Source: an uncultured Bdellovibrio sp. (GTDB taxonomy: Bacteria; Bdellovibrionota; Bdellovibrionia; Bdellovibrionales; Bdellovibrionaceae). From it: a stretch of DNA of 64,000 nucleotides. The notes below the pieces were generated by a model that saw only the letters and a list, made by a program, of their open reading frames with translations, searched no databases and was not told the origin of the DNA. How positions within the stretch are numbered: position 1 is the first letter of the stretch; every line of letters starts with the position of its first letter. A program made the position numbers and the translations under genes. Positions 1 to 9,380 of the stretch are shown here, piece after piece. The stretch lies in the NCBI GenBank assembly GCA_963932905.1, contig CAWVRN010000001.1:128001-192000 (forward strand), read 5' to 3'.

Positions 1-67
1 CACTTCGCTTGACAGCTGTAGCCTTTTCCGACAGATTTTTTAGACAACCCAATCCAAGAGGAAAACT

Positions 68-2173
68 ATGATTTTTAGAGCTTTATTTGTTCTAACGTCC
101 GCTGTTTTAATGTTCTCTGTTTCGTGCTCATCCACGAATTCCAAGCAAACCACCACCGCCGTAACAAATGATCCCTTTATCAAATTAGAAGACATTCGTT
201 CCGACGAATCTATGGTTTGGGTGAAAAATGAAAATCTGGAATCTAGTACACATTTAAAGGCCAATCCTGCATTTGCATCACTTAAAGACAGCATCAAAGG
301 CATTTTGGCGAGCAAAGAAAAAATTCCGGCGGTTACAATTGTTGACGAATACGTTTACAACCATTGGACCGACGAAAAAAATCCCCGAGGCCTCTGGAGG
401 CGCACTAAAATTTCTGAAATTAAAAAGAAAGATCCTGTATGGGATGTTCTGATTGATGTCGATGCGTTAGGAAAAGCAGAAAACGAAAGTTGGGTACTAA
501 AGCGTACTGAAATTTTGAAAACAGATTATTCTCGAGCGCTTGTATTCCTTTCTAGAAAAGGCAAAGACGCTACCGTAATGCGCGAATTTGACCTGACAAC
601 AAAAACATTTGTCACCGACGGATTTTTTCTTCCTGAAGCAAAAATGACCGTAACTTGGTTAAATAAAGACACCCTTGTGGTGGGAACTAGTTTCGGCCCT
701 GATTCAATGACTGATTCTGGCTATCCACGTGCTGTGAAAGTATTAAAACGCAAACAAGCTTTGGCTGATGCAAAACCACTTTTAGATTCGCCTGTAAAAA
801 ATATGGGTATGTGGGTGTGGACAATTCATGATGACAAAACACCTTACACTATTATTAATGACCGAACTAATTTTTACGAATCAGATAGCTATTTGTTGGC
901 GTCCGATTTAACAACTAAAAAGCTACCTATCCCTAGAGATAGCGAAATTGACGGAATTTTTAAAGGCGATATTTACTATTTAACTAAAAGCGAATTAAAG
1001 ACAGAAAAGCAAACAATTCCATCGGGCGTGCTTGTTAAAATTTCTATAGCAAAAATCCTATCAAGTCCAACCAGTGCAATTGAACCTGAAATAGTATTTC
1101 AGTCTACTCCAAAGCAAATTTACAGCAGCATTAATTTTTCAAAAAACAAACGCTGGTTAACAGTACTTAATCAAGTTAATCCAAATGTTTTCGAACTTTC
1201 AGAAAAAAATAAAATGCTACCTTTAAAATTACCAACGGTTGGCAATTCTAGTTTAATGGCGACCGCGGATAATTCTGATCAAATCCTTGTAACGTATTCA
1301 AACTTCAATCAACCAACGACGTTATATAGTCTTGAAAACCACTCAATGACCAAAATTCGATCGCTTCCCGCATTCTTTAACGCGAACGGAATCATTGTTG
1401 ATCAGCGCTGGGCCACCAGCAAAGACGGAACAAAAGTTCCATACTACATCGTACGCAACAAAAAACAGAAAGATGATTCCAAGAATCCTACTCTGCTTTA
1501 CGGATACGGCGGTTTCGAAGTCGCCTTGCAACCAAACTATTCCGGCGTAATGGGAAAGGCTTGGCTTGAAAATGGTGGCACCTATGTTTTGGCTAATATC
1601 CGAGGTGGAGGCGAGTTTGGACCTAGCTGGCATCAATCGGCACTGAAGCTAAATCGTCAGCGTGCGTTCGATGATTTTTTTGCGGTAGCAGAAGACTTAA
1701 TTAAAACAAAAGTCACTTCGCCTCGCCATCTAGGTATCATGGGTGGCAGTAACGGTGGTTTGTTAATGGGTGTTTCGTTAACTCAACGACCTGATTTATT
1801 TAATGCTATCGTCTGCGAAGTTCCACTTCTGGATATGGCTCGCTATCACCTACTCTTAGCCGGAGCCAGCTGGATGGCCGAATATGGATCTCCAGAAGTT
1901 CCCGCCGAACGTGATTATATCTTGAAATATTCTCCGTACCAAAACGTGAAATCGACAGAAAAGTATCCGGAAATTTTTATTACCACATCAACAGAAGATG
2001 ATCGCGTTCACCCAGGACACGCTCGTAAAATGGCGGCAAAGTTAAAATCAATGGGCAAACCATACCGATATTTCGAAAATACGGAAGGTGGACATGGGCG
2101 CACTGCGGATTTAAATCAGGCCGCTGAATACTTAGCAATGCAGTACATCTTTTTAAGGGAGAAATTGTTTTAA
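68..2173 (+). CDS. Prolyl oligopeptidase family (S9A) serine peptidase, probable lipoprotein
   Basis: GGSNGG nucleophile, DDRV Asp and GGHG His motifs; YGYGGF and NIRGGGEFG motifs; signal peptide ending FSVSC. Confidence 0.93.
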   Translation: MIFRALFVLTSAVLMFSVSCSSTNSKQTTTAVTNDPFIKLEDIRSDESMVWVKNENLESSTHLKANPAFASLKDSIKGILASKEKIPAVTIVDEYVYNHWTDEKNPRGLWRRTKISEIKKKDPVWDVLIDVDALGKAENESWVLKRTEILKTDYSRALVFLSRKGKDATVMREFDLTTKTFVTDGFFLPEAKMTVTWLNKDTLVVGTSFGPDSMTDSGYPRAVKVLKRKQALADAKPLLDSPVKNMGMWVWTIHDDKTPYTIINDRTNFYESDSYLLASDLTTKKLPIPRDSEIDGIFKGDIYYLTKSELKTEKQTIPSGVLVKISIAKILSSPTSAIEPEIVFQSTPKQIYSSINFSKNKRWLTVLNQVNPNVFELSEKNKMLPLKLPTVGNSSLMATADNSDQILVTYSNFNQPTTLYSLENHSMTKIRSLPAFFNANGIIVDQRWATSKDGTKVPYYIVRNKKQKDDSKNPTLLYGYGGFEVALQPNYSGVMGKAWLENGGTYVLANIRGGGEFGPSWHQSALKLNRQRAFDDFFAVAEDLIKTKVTSPRHLGIMGGSNGGLLMGVSLTQRPDLFNAIVCEVPLLDMARYHLLLAGASWMAEYGSPEVPAERDYILKYSPYQNVKSTEKYPEIFITTSTEDDRVHPGHARKMAAKLKSMGKPYRYFENTEGGHGRTADLNQAAEYLAMQYIFLREKLF

Positions 2174-2182
2174 TTATTTACC

Positions 2183-2932
2183 CTAGGGGTTGGGTTTTTT
2201 CTTCTGAACAAATCCAACCATAATAATTCCGATATAGTAAAGTGCAATCATCGGCACTAGCATAATCGCCATACTCATCACATCCGGCGGAGTAATGATA
2301 GCAGCAATAACTGATAAAATCATGACAGCATAACGACCTTTATCAATTAAGAATCGCTGTGATACTATTCCCGCCATAGCCATCAAAGTCAGAATCAGTG
2401 GCAATTCAAAAGAGACCCCGAACATAATTGCAAACTGGCTAACGAAATCTAAATAGTGATCAATCGTGATCATGGGTTTATCTTGATCACCGCCAAAGCT
2501 GAATAAAAAATCAAATGTCATTGGCAATGCCACATAGAAAGAAAAACAAACTCCTGAAATAAACAGGAAAGAGCCGATTGAAATAAAACTCGTCATGTAT
2601 TTGCGTTCGTTTCTATACAATCCAGGAGCAATAAATTTCCACAACTGATATAACCAGAACGGACAGGATCCAATCACTCCAGCGACAATCGAAAGTTTAA
2701 AATGGGCAACGAATTTATCCATTGGTGCCGTATACACCAAACCACCCGATGGAAGATATTTTTCAATAGGACGCCTAATAAAATTGAACAGTTCCGTGCT
2801 GTAGTCGTACGCGATCGCCGTAAAGACTAAAAGTGCGTACAGGCTGTAGACCAACCGCTTACGAAGCTCCGTCAGATGATCCGTCAATGTCATATTCTGA
2901 TCAATTGTATCGTCGTTCTGATTTTCTTCCAT
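2183..2932 (-). CDS. tatC: Twin-arginine translocase subunit TatC
   Basis: HLTELRKRL, YQLWKFIAPGLY, FELP and ITPPD motifs; multiple TM helices. Confidence 0.97.
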   Translation of the reverse strand: MEENQNDDTIDQNMTLTDHLTELRKRLVYSLYALLVFTAIAYDYSTELFNFIRRPIEKYLPSGGLVYTAPMDKFVAHFKLSIVAGVIGSCPFWLYQLWKFIAPGLYRNERKYMTSFISIGSFLFISGVCFSFYVALPMTFDFLFSFGGDQDKPMITIDHYLDFVSQFAIMFGVSFELPLILTLMAMAGIVSQRFLIDKGRYAVMILSVIAAIITPPDVMSMAIMLVPMIALYYIGIIMVGFVQKKKPNP

Positions 2933-3400
2933 TTAGTCTTTTTTCTCGCCGTTATTATTTGAAGTTGTCGGTGTAGTACTATGGGGACCGTTGTTGAGTG
3001 GATTTTCTGGATTAAAACTTGGCTCTGCTACTGTCGTTGGATTTGGCTCTGGAGTGGGATTAAATGCAAAAGTCATTTGATCTGGCGGTTCCATTTTAAA
3101 ATCTGCGGCACTTTTCGGTAAGTTTTCATCGACAGGCGGCGGAGAATTGTTAGCTCGAGGATCTTTCATGATAGGAATTGGCGATGATTCTTTTTGCTGT
3201 TTTCTTGGGTCTAGACTATCAAAATCCAAATCGACGCGCGCTTGTTTTTTAATATCTTCTGTTAAACCATCAGCGCTACGCTTTAAATCATTGAGAAATC
3301 GTCCCAATGTGCGCGCGACTTCAGGTAATTGTTTTGGGCCAATTAAAATCAGCGCTAAAACACCTAACAATATTAATTCACTCATTCCAAGGCCAAACAT
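2933..3400 (-). CDS. tatB: Twin-arginine translocase subunit TatB (TatA/B family)
   Basis: MFGLGMSELILLGVLALILIGPKQLPEVARTLG; abuts tatC. Confidence 0.9.
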   Translation of the reverse strand: MFGLGMSELILLGVLALILIGPKQLPEVARTLGRFLNDLKRSADGLTEDIKKQARVDLDFDSLDPRKQQKESSPIPIMKDPRANNSPPPVDENLPKSAADFKMEPPDQMTFAFNPTPEPNPTTVAEPSFNPENPLNNGPHSTTPTTSNNNGEKKD

Positions 3401-3465
3401 ATCCGTCCCAACTTTGATGCGATCAAAAGCGCTGTTCTGCTAACCAATTGATGGCTCTGTCCCAA

Positions 3466-3494
3466 ATTATAGAGGCGTTGTATTTAAGTGTCAC
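3466..3494 (-). promoter_or_regulatory. Sigma70-type promoter for tatBC
   Basis: Minus strand GTGACA-N17-TATAAT. Confidence 0.6.
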
Positions 3495-3538
3495 TGAGGT
3501 ATTTTGCTAGACTGATAGCCGGGTAGGACCAAGGGGTC

Positions 3539-4177
3539 CTAGTTTTCCTGTTTTAGCGGGTTTTTTTGATCACTGGATAATGTTACGATACCCATTTCGA
3601 TCAATTTTTCCTTCGCTAAATTTGATCCCGTTTGTAAATAACGATCGTACAAGCGTAACAAACTTTGATTGTTTGATATCATCGATTTTTGGCTAATGTA
3701 AGTAAGAGCTTCAACATAATCCGAGAAACGTTTGGAAATGGTGTCGAACACGTCTCGTAACGGATCTTTCTTATCTACCGCTTTAGACAAAGTTCCGTAA
3801 GCCGCCCCGCCCATATTGACATAGTAGTCGATATCTACAATTTTTCTTTGTAGCGAATCACCGAAAAAGCCGCTGATGTATAAAGACTTGTCGCCTAACT
3901 TTTTTAGCAATTCAATTTTCTGGTGAGTTTCGGCATTGGCCGCTGTTAAATATAATTCTGCCAACGTGTTTGGTCTACGTTTGCCTGTTTCATCTACGTT
4001 TTCTTTTTCAAAAAGATTTTTCGCATCAAGATAGAATTCAAGGACTTCGATTAGATATCCTTTAACTCTATTTTCTGTTTTTATTTTTCGCGCGCTGAAG
4101 GCGTCGTCAAGAGCTTGACCGAAATAGTCTTTAGAACTCATTAGAATGTTTATATCTTGCTTTATAGCAGCGCTCAT
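3539..4177 (-). CDS. Conserved hypothetical all-alpha cytoplasmic protein
   Basis: 212-aa ORF with GDKSLYISGFFGDSLQRKIVDIDYYVNMGGAAY block, recalled from a widespread family of unknown function. Confidence 0.75.
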   Translation of the reverse strand: MSAAIKQDINILMSSKDYFGQALDDAFSARKIKTENRVKGYLIEVLEFYLDAKNLFEKENVDETGKRRPNTLAELYLTAANAETHQKIELLKKLGDKSLYISGFFGDSLQRKIVDIDYYVNMGGAAYGTLSKAVDKKDPLRDVFDTISKRFSDYVEALTYISQKSMISNNQSLLRLYDRYLQTGSNLAKEKLIEMGIVTLSSDQKNPLKQEN

Positions 4178-4289
4178 AAACCCGTCTTATCTTTTATTAT
4201 AATAATTTTTCGGAAGAAAATTAACTAAAAATAACGCCAGGATCAGATAGAAATTATGATGGATAGTATATGATTGAATTATGGAGAAC

Positions 4290-4316
4290 GGTTGTGTCTC
4301 GGAATGAAACACAACC
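4290..4316 (-). terminator. Stem-loop downstream of porin gene (terminator or stabiliser)
   Basis: Minus strand GGTTGTGTTTC-attcc-GAGACACAACC, 11-bp stem with one G.U; weak U tract. Confidence 0.45.
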
Positions 4317-4339
4317 TTGTACCAGATAATCTCTCGAAA

Positions 4340-5383
4340 TTATTTCAAGAAGTCAGCCAAGATTCTCATACCAACAAGAACTTTCTTTTCAGTTTGAGTG
4401 TCGCTGTTTTCAGGCTTAGTGTCTTTTTGAGTAGCCGCTACGTGGAATCTCCAATTGTCGTCTTTGATTGGCTTAAATTCGTAAGCTAAAGTCAAACCTG
4501 TTACGTCAGATTTAGTTTTAGTATCCACACCTGTAGATGTGTTAACTGCTGAGCTTTCGTATTTTACATGAACAGATCCCGTTTCCATTTTGTAACGAAC
4601 TAAAGCAACAGCGGATGTAGTATCTAAAGCTTTCCCAGTTGCTTGTGGGTCTGGTTTTCTAGTGTTACTTAACATATCTGCTTCAATTTCAAAGTCAGAA
4701 ACTAAAAACTTCGCGCCTACGGCTATGTAGTTACGAGTTTGTTTAACAGTCGATGAATCTTTAAAATCTTCAGTGTGGTAACTGATGCTTGGTAGGATGG
4801 CACCTTCAGCAAATTTACCTAGGTATGTTAACCCATACATTGGGCTAGTGCTGCTAACATTGCCACCCGTAGTTACATCCTCAGTTACGTTCGCCACGTT
4901 AACATTTAATTTATGGTCGCCCCAAACACCTTGCGCTTGCATACCTACCGGCCAGTATAGCGCACCTACTTCATCACCAGCTACTGAACGTAAATAAATA
5001 TCACCCGGATTGTTCATCGCCTCCGCGCCGCCCATTCCCGTGATGATTTTACCCATCGATAAATTCCACTCATCATTTAGTTTGTGAGTTAAGAATGCAA
5101 AATCCACATCTGGTCCCGCGCCGGAACGTTTGTTACTTGTTGTTGGGGCTTCTGCTGTTTTCAATGGATCTAGACGAACACGATATGTGTTTAGTTCACC
5201 GAGCGAACCTTGAAAATCAAGTTTCAGACGACTAATTTTGAAAACAGAATACGCTGGTTTTCCTAATTTGTCGTTCGTGCTATATGATTCCATTTCTGTT
5301 CTTGCATCGAGATTGATTTTCCCCGCAAAGGCAGCAGAACATGCAAACGTTAATAGAGTTGTTTTTAATACTAGTGATTTCAT
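4340..5383 (-). CDS. Outer-membrane porin (beta-barrel, OprO/OprP-like)
   Basis: Signal peptide (SAAFA), FKISRLKLDFQG first strands, alternating amphipathic beta strands. Confidence 0.75.
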   Translation of the reverse strand: MKSLVLKTTLLTFACSAAFAGKINLDARTEMESYSTNDKLGKPAYSVFKISRLKLDFQGSLGELNTYRVRLDPLKTAEAPTTSNKRSGAGPDVDFAFLTHKLNDEWNLSMGKIITGMGGAEAMNNPGDIYLRSVAGDEVGALYWPVGMQAQGVWGDHKLNVNVANVTEDVTTGGNVSSTSPMYGLTYLGKFAEGAILPSISYHTEDFKDSSTVKQTRNYIAVGAKFLVSDFEIEADMLSNTRKPDPQATGKALDTTSAVALVRYKMETGSVHVKYESSAVNTSTGVDTKTKSDVTGLTLAYEFKPIKDDNWRFHVAATQKDTKPENSDTQTEKKVLVGMRILADFLK

Positions 5384-5405
5384 ATATCTCCTATATATGA
5401 AATCT

Positions 5406-5434
5406 ATGCTGGCTTGAATTTATTTTACTGTCAA
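5406..5434 (-). promoter_or_regulatory. Candidate sigma70 promoter for porin
   Basis: Minus strand TTGACA-N17-CAGCAT. Confidence 0.4.
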
Positions 5435-5468
5435 TCGGGTAAGAGTTACCTAGTCGGGGATGTTGTAC

Positions 5469-6866
5469 CTAGCCCGCTAGTTTCGAAAGTTCAACCATCG
5501 AAGACGTAAGTGATTGAGTATCTGCTGAAACTTGATCTGCAGTTCCCGTGAACTCCATCGCATTTTTAGCATTGGTTTGCGAAACTGTATCCAGGTGTAT
5601 CAAGGTCTGTGAAATTTGGCGAACACCTTGCGCCTGCTCTTTACTACCTTCGGCGATTTCCTTAGTGATTACACTTAGTTTTTGAACCGAACCTAAAATC
5701 TGTCCGAATAATTTATTACCTTGGTCAGCTCGCTCCAAGCTCTCCTGCGTACTACGACTAGACTCCGAAATTAAATTTGAAATCTCTTTAGCGGCCACTG
5801 ATGATTTCGCTGCCAGCGATCTAACTGCATCCGCTACTACCGCAAAACCTTTTCCTTGTTCACCAGCCCGTGCCGCCTCAACCGCCGCGTTCAATGCTAG
5901 AAGATTCGTTTGGAATGAAATGTCCTCGATCATCCCAATGATTTCATTTATCTTTTTAGATGACTCGGTCATGTTACCGATAGAATCCATTAAACCACCA
6001 ATAATTTTCTGTCCGTCATTAACAATCGTGTAACTTGAATTAGCAATTTCGGCTCCTTGCTGGGCGCCATCTGCATTTCTTTCAATTAAAGTTGATATTT
6101 CGTGCAAAGTCGCCACAGTTTCTTCTAACGATGACGCCGCTGTTGTTGAAGCTTTTGACAGTTCAACGCTGGACCCACGCAAACTGCCTGACGAGCTCAC
6201 CAGGGATTCACTACTTATCTCAATCGTTTTAACTGCGCTTTTTAATTTTTTTCTAATGTTCATGGCGATAGTCGTGCCTACTGACAGAGACAGCATGACT
6301 CCTATCAAACCTGCGACGATAAGAATTACTTTTGCTTCAGCTTGAGTTGTTTTGGACTCGTTAAGGCTTTTTAACAATTTGTTTCTTAAATCAGCTTGAA
6401 TAGCTCCAAATTCATGCGAAACTTTTGTAAATTCTGGCGATAAAATTGAGATGAAGTAGTCGGTAGCCTCAGCGCTTTTACCGATTAAGATTTTTTCATT
6501 GAGTACAAAATCTAACTTTTTGTCATATTCAGCGAAATTCATAGCTACTTCGCCATGACAGTGATCGCAATTTTTTATTTCTTCTTTTAGTTTTTTTCTT
6601 TTTTGAGTGAATTCCTCCACCTGCTTTTCTAACTTATCAACATCTTTTTGACCAATAAGCGAAACAACTAAAAGGTGGACTTCATCTAAATCATCCGCGA
6701 GCTTCACGGTTTCGGAGAAATCAGTTGATGTACTTTCACTTGCGTTAATAACCTTGCTTAAGCTGCTGGAAGAAATATACCCCGAGGTAAATCCTATCAA
6801 AACAACGGCAACTGCTGAAATTAACAAGATCACTGATATCTGAATTGAAACACTCTTGAAGCTCAT
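5469..6866 (-). CDS. Methyl-accepting chemotaxis protein with periplasmic helical sensor containing CxxCH
   Basis: Two TM helices; [37 protein letters not shown] signalling hairpin; CDHCH at aa 100-104. Confidence 0.95.
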   Translation of the reverse strand: MSFKSVSIQISVILLISAVAVVLIGFTSGYISSSSLSKVINASESTSTDFSETVKLADDLDEVHLLVVSLIGQKDVDKLEKQVEEFTQKRKKLKEEIKNCDHCHGEVAMNFAEYDKKLDFVLNEKILIGKSAEATDYFISILSPEFTKVSHEFGAIQADLRNKLLKSLNESKTTQAEAKVILIVAGLIGVMLSLSVGTTIAMNIRKKLKSAVKTIEISSESLVSSSGSLRGSSVELSKASTTAASSLEETVATLHEISTLIERNADGAQQGAEIANSSYTIVNDGQKIIGGLMDSIGNMTESSKKINEIIGMIEDISFQTNLLALNAAVEAARAGEQGKGFAVVADAVRSLAAKSSVAAKEISNLISESSRSTQESLERADQGNKLFGQILGSVQKLSVITKEIAEGSKEQAQGVRQISQTLIHLDTVSQTNAKNAMEFTGTADQVSADTQSLTSSMVELSKLAG

Positions 6867-6885
6867 AGTTCATCCTAACGTATAA

Positions 6886-7416
6886 TTACTTTAAATCGTC
6901 GACACTGAAACCAACAACCAAACTTCCAATGTTTTTACCCCCGTCTGCGACCGGCACTGAAACTTGGATTTGCGATTTACCTGATGATTCATCCACTTCC
7001 ACTTTACCAACCCACGTTTTTCCTGCCATCGGATCATCGTGTTTAGGTTTACCTTTATGAGACCAGTTTGAAGTCTTTCCTAAGAACGCTACTTTTGTGC
7101 CTTCAGCGTTGTTTAGAAACGCTTCAGCCACAGCAGGTCCTTTATTTTTTTTCAACTCTTCAGCTGCCGCGTTTTTGGTAAAACTGCGAACGGCGGGATC
7201 TAAAACTGTTAGTTTTGCCCACTTGTCTTGGGTCATATCTTTGCTTTCTGGCGCGTTGTTCGAGGCTTTCACGGCGTCAACAATTGTTTTGTTGGCAGCC
7301 CAGCTTTTTATTACTTCAACTTGTTTATCTAACGCTGCTTTTTTTTCTGCTGGAAGATCTGCAGCCATTGAACTTAAACTTAGGAATACTAGTGCACTTG
7401 CTAAAATGGTTTTCAT
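6886..7416 (-). CDS. Stand-alone periplasmic Cache/PDC sensor-domain protein
   Basis: Signal peptide (SSMA); VEVDESSGKSQIQVSVPVADGGKNIGSLVVG Cache-like C-terminal strands; 19 bp upstream of the MCP. Confidence 0.75.
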   Translation of the reverse strand: MKTILASALVFLSLSSMAADLPAEKKAALDKQVEVIKSWAANKTIVDAVKASNNAPESKDMTQDKWAKLTVLDPAVRSFTKNAAAEELKKNKGPAVAEAFLNNAEGTKVAFLGKTSNWSHKGKPKHDDPMAGKTWVGKVEVDESSGKSQIQVSVPVADGGKNIGSLVVGFSVDDLK

Positions 7417-7447
7417 TTATTCTCCTGTGGTGTCAAACACCTGTTTA

Positions 7448-7473
7448 TATTCGGAGGATTTTTGAATTATTGA
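7448..7473 (-). promoter_or_regulatory. Possible FliA (sigma28)-type promoter for the Cache-MCP operon
   Basis: Minus strand TCAA-N14-TCCGAATA, compared with TAAA-N15-GCCGATAA. Confidence 0.3.
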
Positions 7474-7526
7474 AGGCAGACTGACATCCAGGTGTGGATA
7501 ATTTCATTCAAGATTTCTGGAGAATC

Positions 7527-7877
7527 TCATTTTGGGATTAATTGGCTTGCACCTGAGTGTTTGAACCAAGTTTTTTCTGAAAATATATGAGTTAGAACAA
7601 CCCCCACCAACAGCACTATGGTTCCGCAAAGGCCCAAGAGAATCCATGCCTTGGTGTCGTCTTCAAACGGGGCTAAATAAATCGCTGTCAGGACAACTCC
7701 GACTACTGCAAATACAAATATTTGAAGCGCAAAAACAACCAATAGCGCACCAACAATACTTGTCCGAACCGCTTGCAGAATCTTAAGGTACATTAATACA
7801 CCCCTCTTCTTAGATTCCTGAATCAAGCGATGACCTTCAAATATTTTTAATAGAATAGAAAGAACGTTAAATATCAT
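7527..7877 (-). CDS. Two-TM membrane protein, YqjE/phage-holin-family-like
   Basis: Two hydrophobic helices; 4-bp overlap with the DUF883 gene, as in yqjD-yqjE pairs. Confidence 0.6.
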   Translation of the reverse strand: MIFNVLSILLKIFEGHRLIQESKKRGVLMYLKILQAVRTSIVGALLVVFALQIFVFAVVGVVLTAIYLAPFEDDTKAWILLGLCGTIVLLVGVVLTHIFSEKTWFKHSGASQLIPK

Positions 7878-8170
7878 TTATCTTTTCGCCCTAAAAATAT
7901 TCCGAGGAAAAATGCAATCAAACCGACGACTCCGATTACAATCCATGGATTTTCTTTCACCTTGGTTTCCACTTGGTTTTTCTTGGCCTTGGCTTCCTGT
8001 TCTACTTTGTTTTTAATTTCGTCAAAGTAGGGACGCATGTCTTCTAGAGCGCTTTTAATTTCTTCGTAATCTTTTTCAATATGCTCGCGAATTTTCTCTG
8101 TCTTTGACTGTGACATAGACTCTAGCTTAGCAATCGCTTCTGACAATGAATTGATTGATTCTTTAGACAT
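7874..8170 (-). CDS. DUF883/ElaB/YqjD family tail-anchored protein
   Basis: Coiled N-terminus, VKENPW motif, C-terminal TM helix and basic tail. Confidence 0.85.
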   Translation of the reverse strand: MSKESINSLSEAIAKLESMSQSKTEKIREHIEKDYEEIKSALEDMRPYFDEIKNKVEQEAKAKKNQVETKVKENPWIVIGVVGLIAFFLGIFLGRKDK

Positions 8171-8250
8171 GGTGGCGCTCCTTATAACAGAACATTATCG
8201 GTCGGTTTAACCAAAATACCAACTAGACTTTCATATAGAGATTGGCTTAA

Positions 8251-9372
8251 ATGAATCTTAATTACCAGGATGCGAATATGATCACAGACTACAAAAATAA
8301 ATTTCTTAAATATTATGAAGAAAATGAAACCAAGCTCGACGTAATTGTTTTCGTTGGCGGTTTTATTTTCGATATTATTACAATGTCCGAAATTGACGAC
8401 GTGTTTTCTATATTTCAGCAAATCGTCTACCTGGGAATCATTTTTACTATTTTGTACTATGAAATTTTATTCCGGCGATTCAAATGGAAGCCTGGGCCAA
8501 AAACCGCACGCGTATGGGAATACCGAACCTTGATCCTACATTTCATTCTCGGTTCACTATTAAGTCTGTATTCGTTGTTCTATATTAAAAGTGCATCCGT
8601 ATTACATAGTTTATTGTTTTTAGGTGTTATGCTTTTGGTTTTGTGTGCAAATGAATTACCAGGCGTAAAAAAATCTAACATCAGTATTAAAGCCGGGATG
8701 TTTGGTGTTTGTATTTTTTCATTTTTCTCTATTCTGTTTCCTATTGTTCTTGGCTTTGTGGGTTGGACACCACTAGCCTTAGCGATTTTAGCCACCGGCG
8801 GAGTGTTTTATGGAATGTACCGACTGTTGTTTAAAAAAATTCCGGATCACTATTCCTTAACCAAAGTCGTCCTTGCACCAGCAGGATCGGTTATCGCATT
8901 ATTTTTAGTTTTTTATATTATGGGATGGATTCCGCCGATTCCTTTAAGTGTTGTTGAACAAGGAATCTATCACAACGTTGAAAAACAAAATGGCGAATAT
9001 CTTTTATCAACCGAACGACCGTGGTGGCGATTCTGGCATTCCGGCGACCAACGTTTCGTAGCTCGCGCAGGTGATAAAATCTTTTACTATGCCCAGATTT
9101 ATTCACCTACTCGATTTCAAGATCAAATTTACATTCAATGGTCACAAAAAAATCATAAAGGTGATTGGATTTCTGCGGATAAAATCCCGCTCCAGGTCGT
9201 GGGCGGTCGAAAATCAGGATTTCGTGGCTATGCTTTTAAAGCCAACTACCAACCAGGAGAATGGCAAGTTCATGTGTTGACCAGTCATGGACAAGAAATT
9301 ACCCAAATGAGTTTTGATGTGGAAAGCTCGGCATCAACCGAGCCTCGTGAATTTATGATCGTAAGAAAGTAG
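8251..9372 (+). CDS. DUF2914 domain membrane protein
   Basis: Multi-TM N-terminus (GGFIFD), WIPPIPL, C-terminal GGRKSGFRGY...PGEWQV beta domain. Confidence 0.75.
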   Translation: MNLNYQDANMITDYKNKFLKYYEENETKLDVIVFVGGFIFDIITMSEIDDVFSIFQQIVYLGIIFTILYYEILFRRFKWKPGPKTARVWEYRTLILHFILGSLLSLYSLFYIKSASVLHSLLFLGVMLLVLCANELPGVKKSNISIKAGMFGVCIFSFFSILFPIVLGFVGWTPLALAILATGGVFYGMYRLLFKKIPDHYSLTKVVLAPAGSVIALFLVFYIMGWIPPIPLSVVEQGIYHNVEKQNGEYLLSTERPWWRFWHSGDQRFVARAGDKIFYYAQIYSPTRFQDQIYIQWSQKNHKGDWISADKIPLQVVGGRKSGFRGYAFKANYQPGEWQVHVLTSHGQEITQMSFDVESSASTEPREFMIVRK

Positions 9373-9380
9373 GACAGCTA

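Noticed and set aside
7527..7877. Prophage holin
   Set aside because: Paired with DUF883 as in chromosomal yqjD-yqjE; no phage genes nearby
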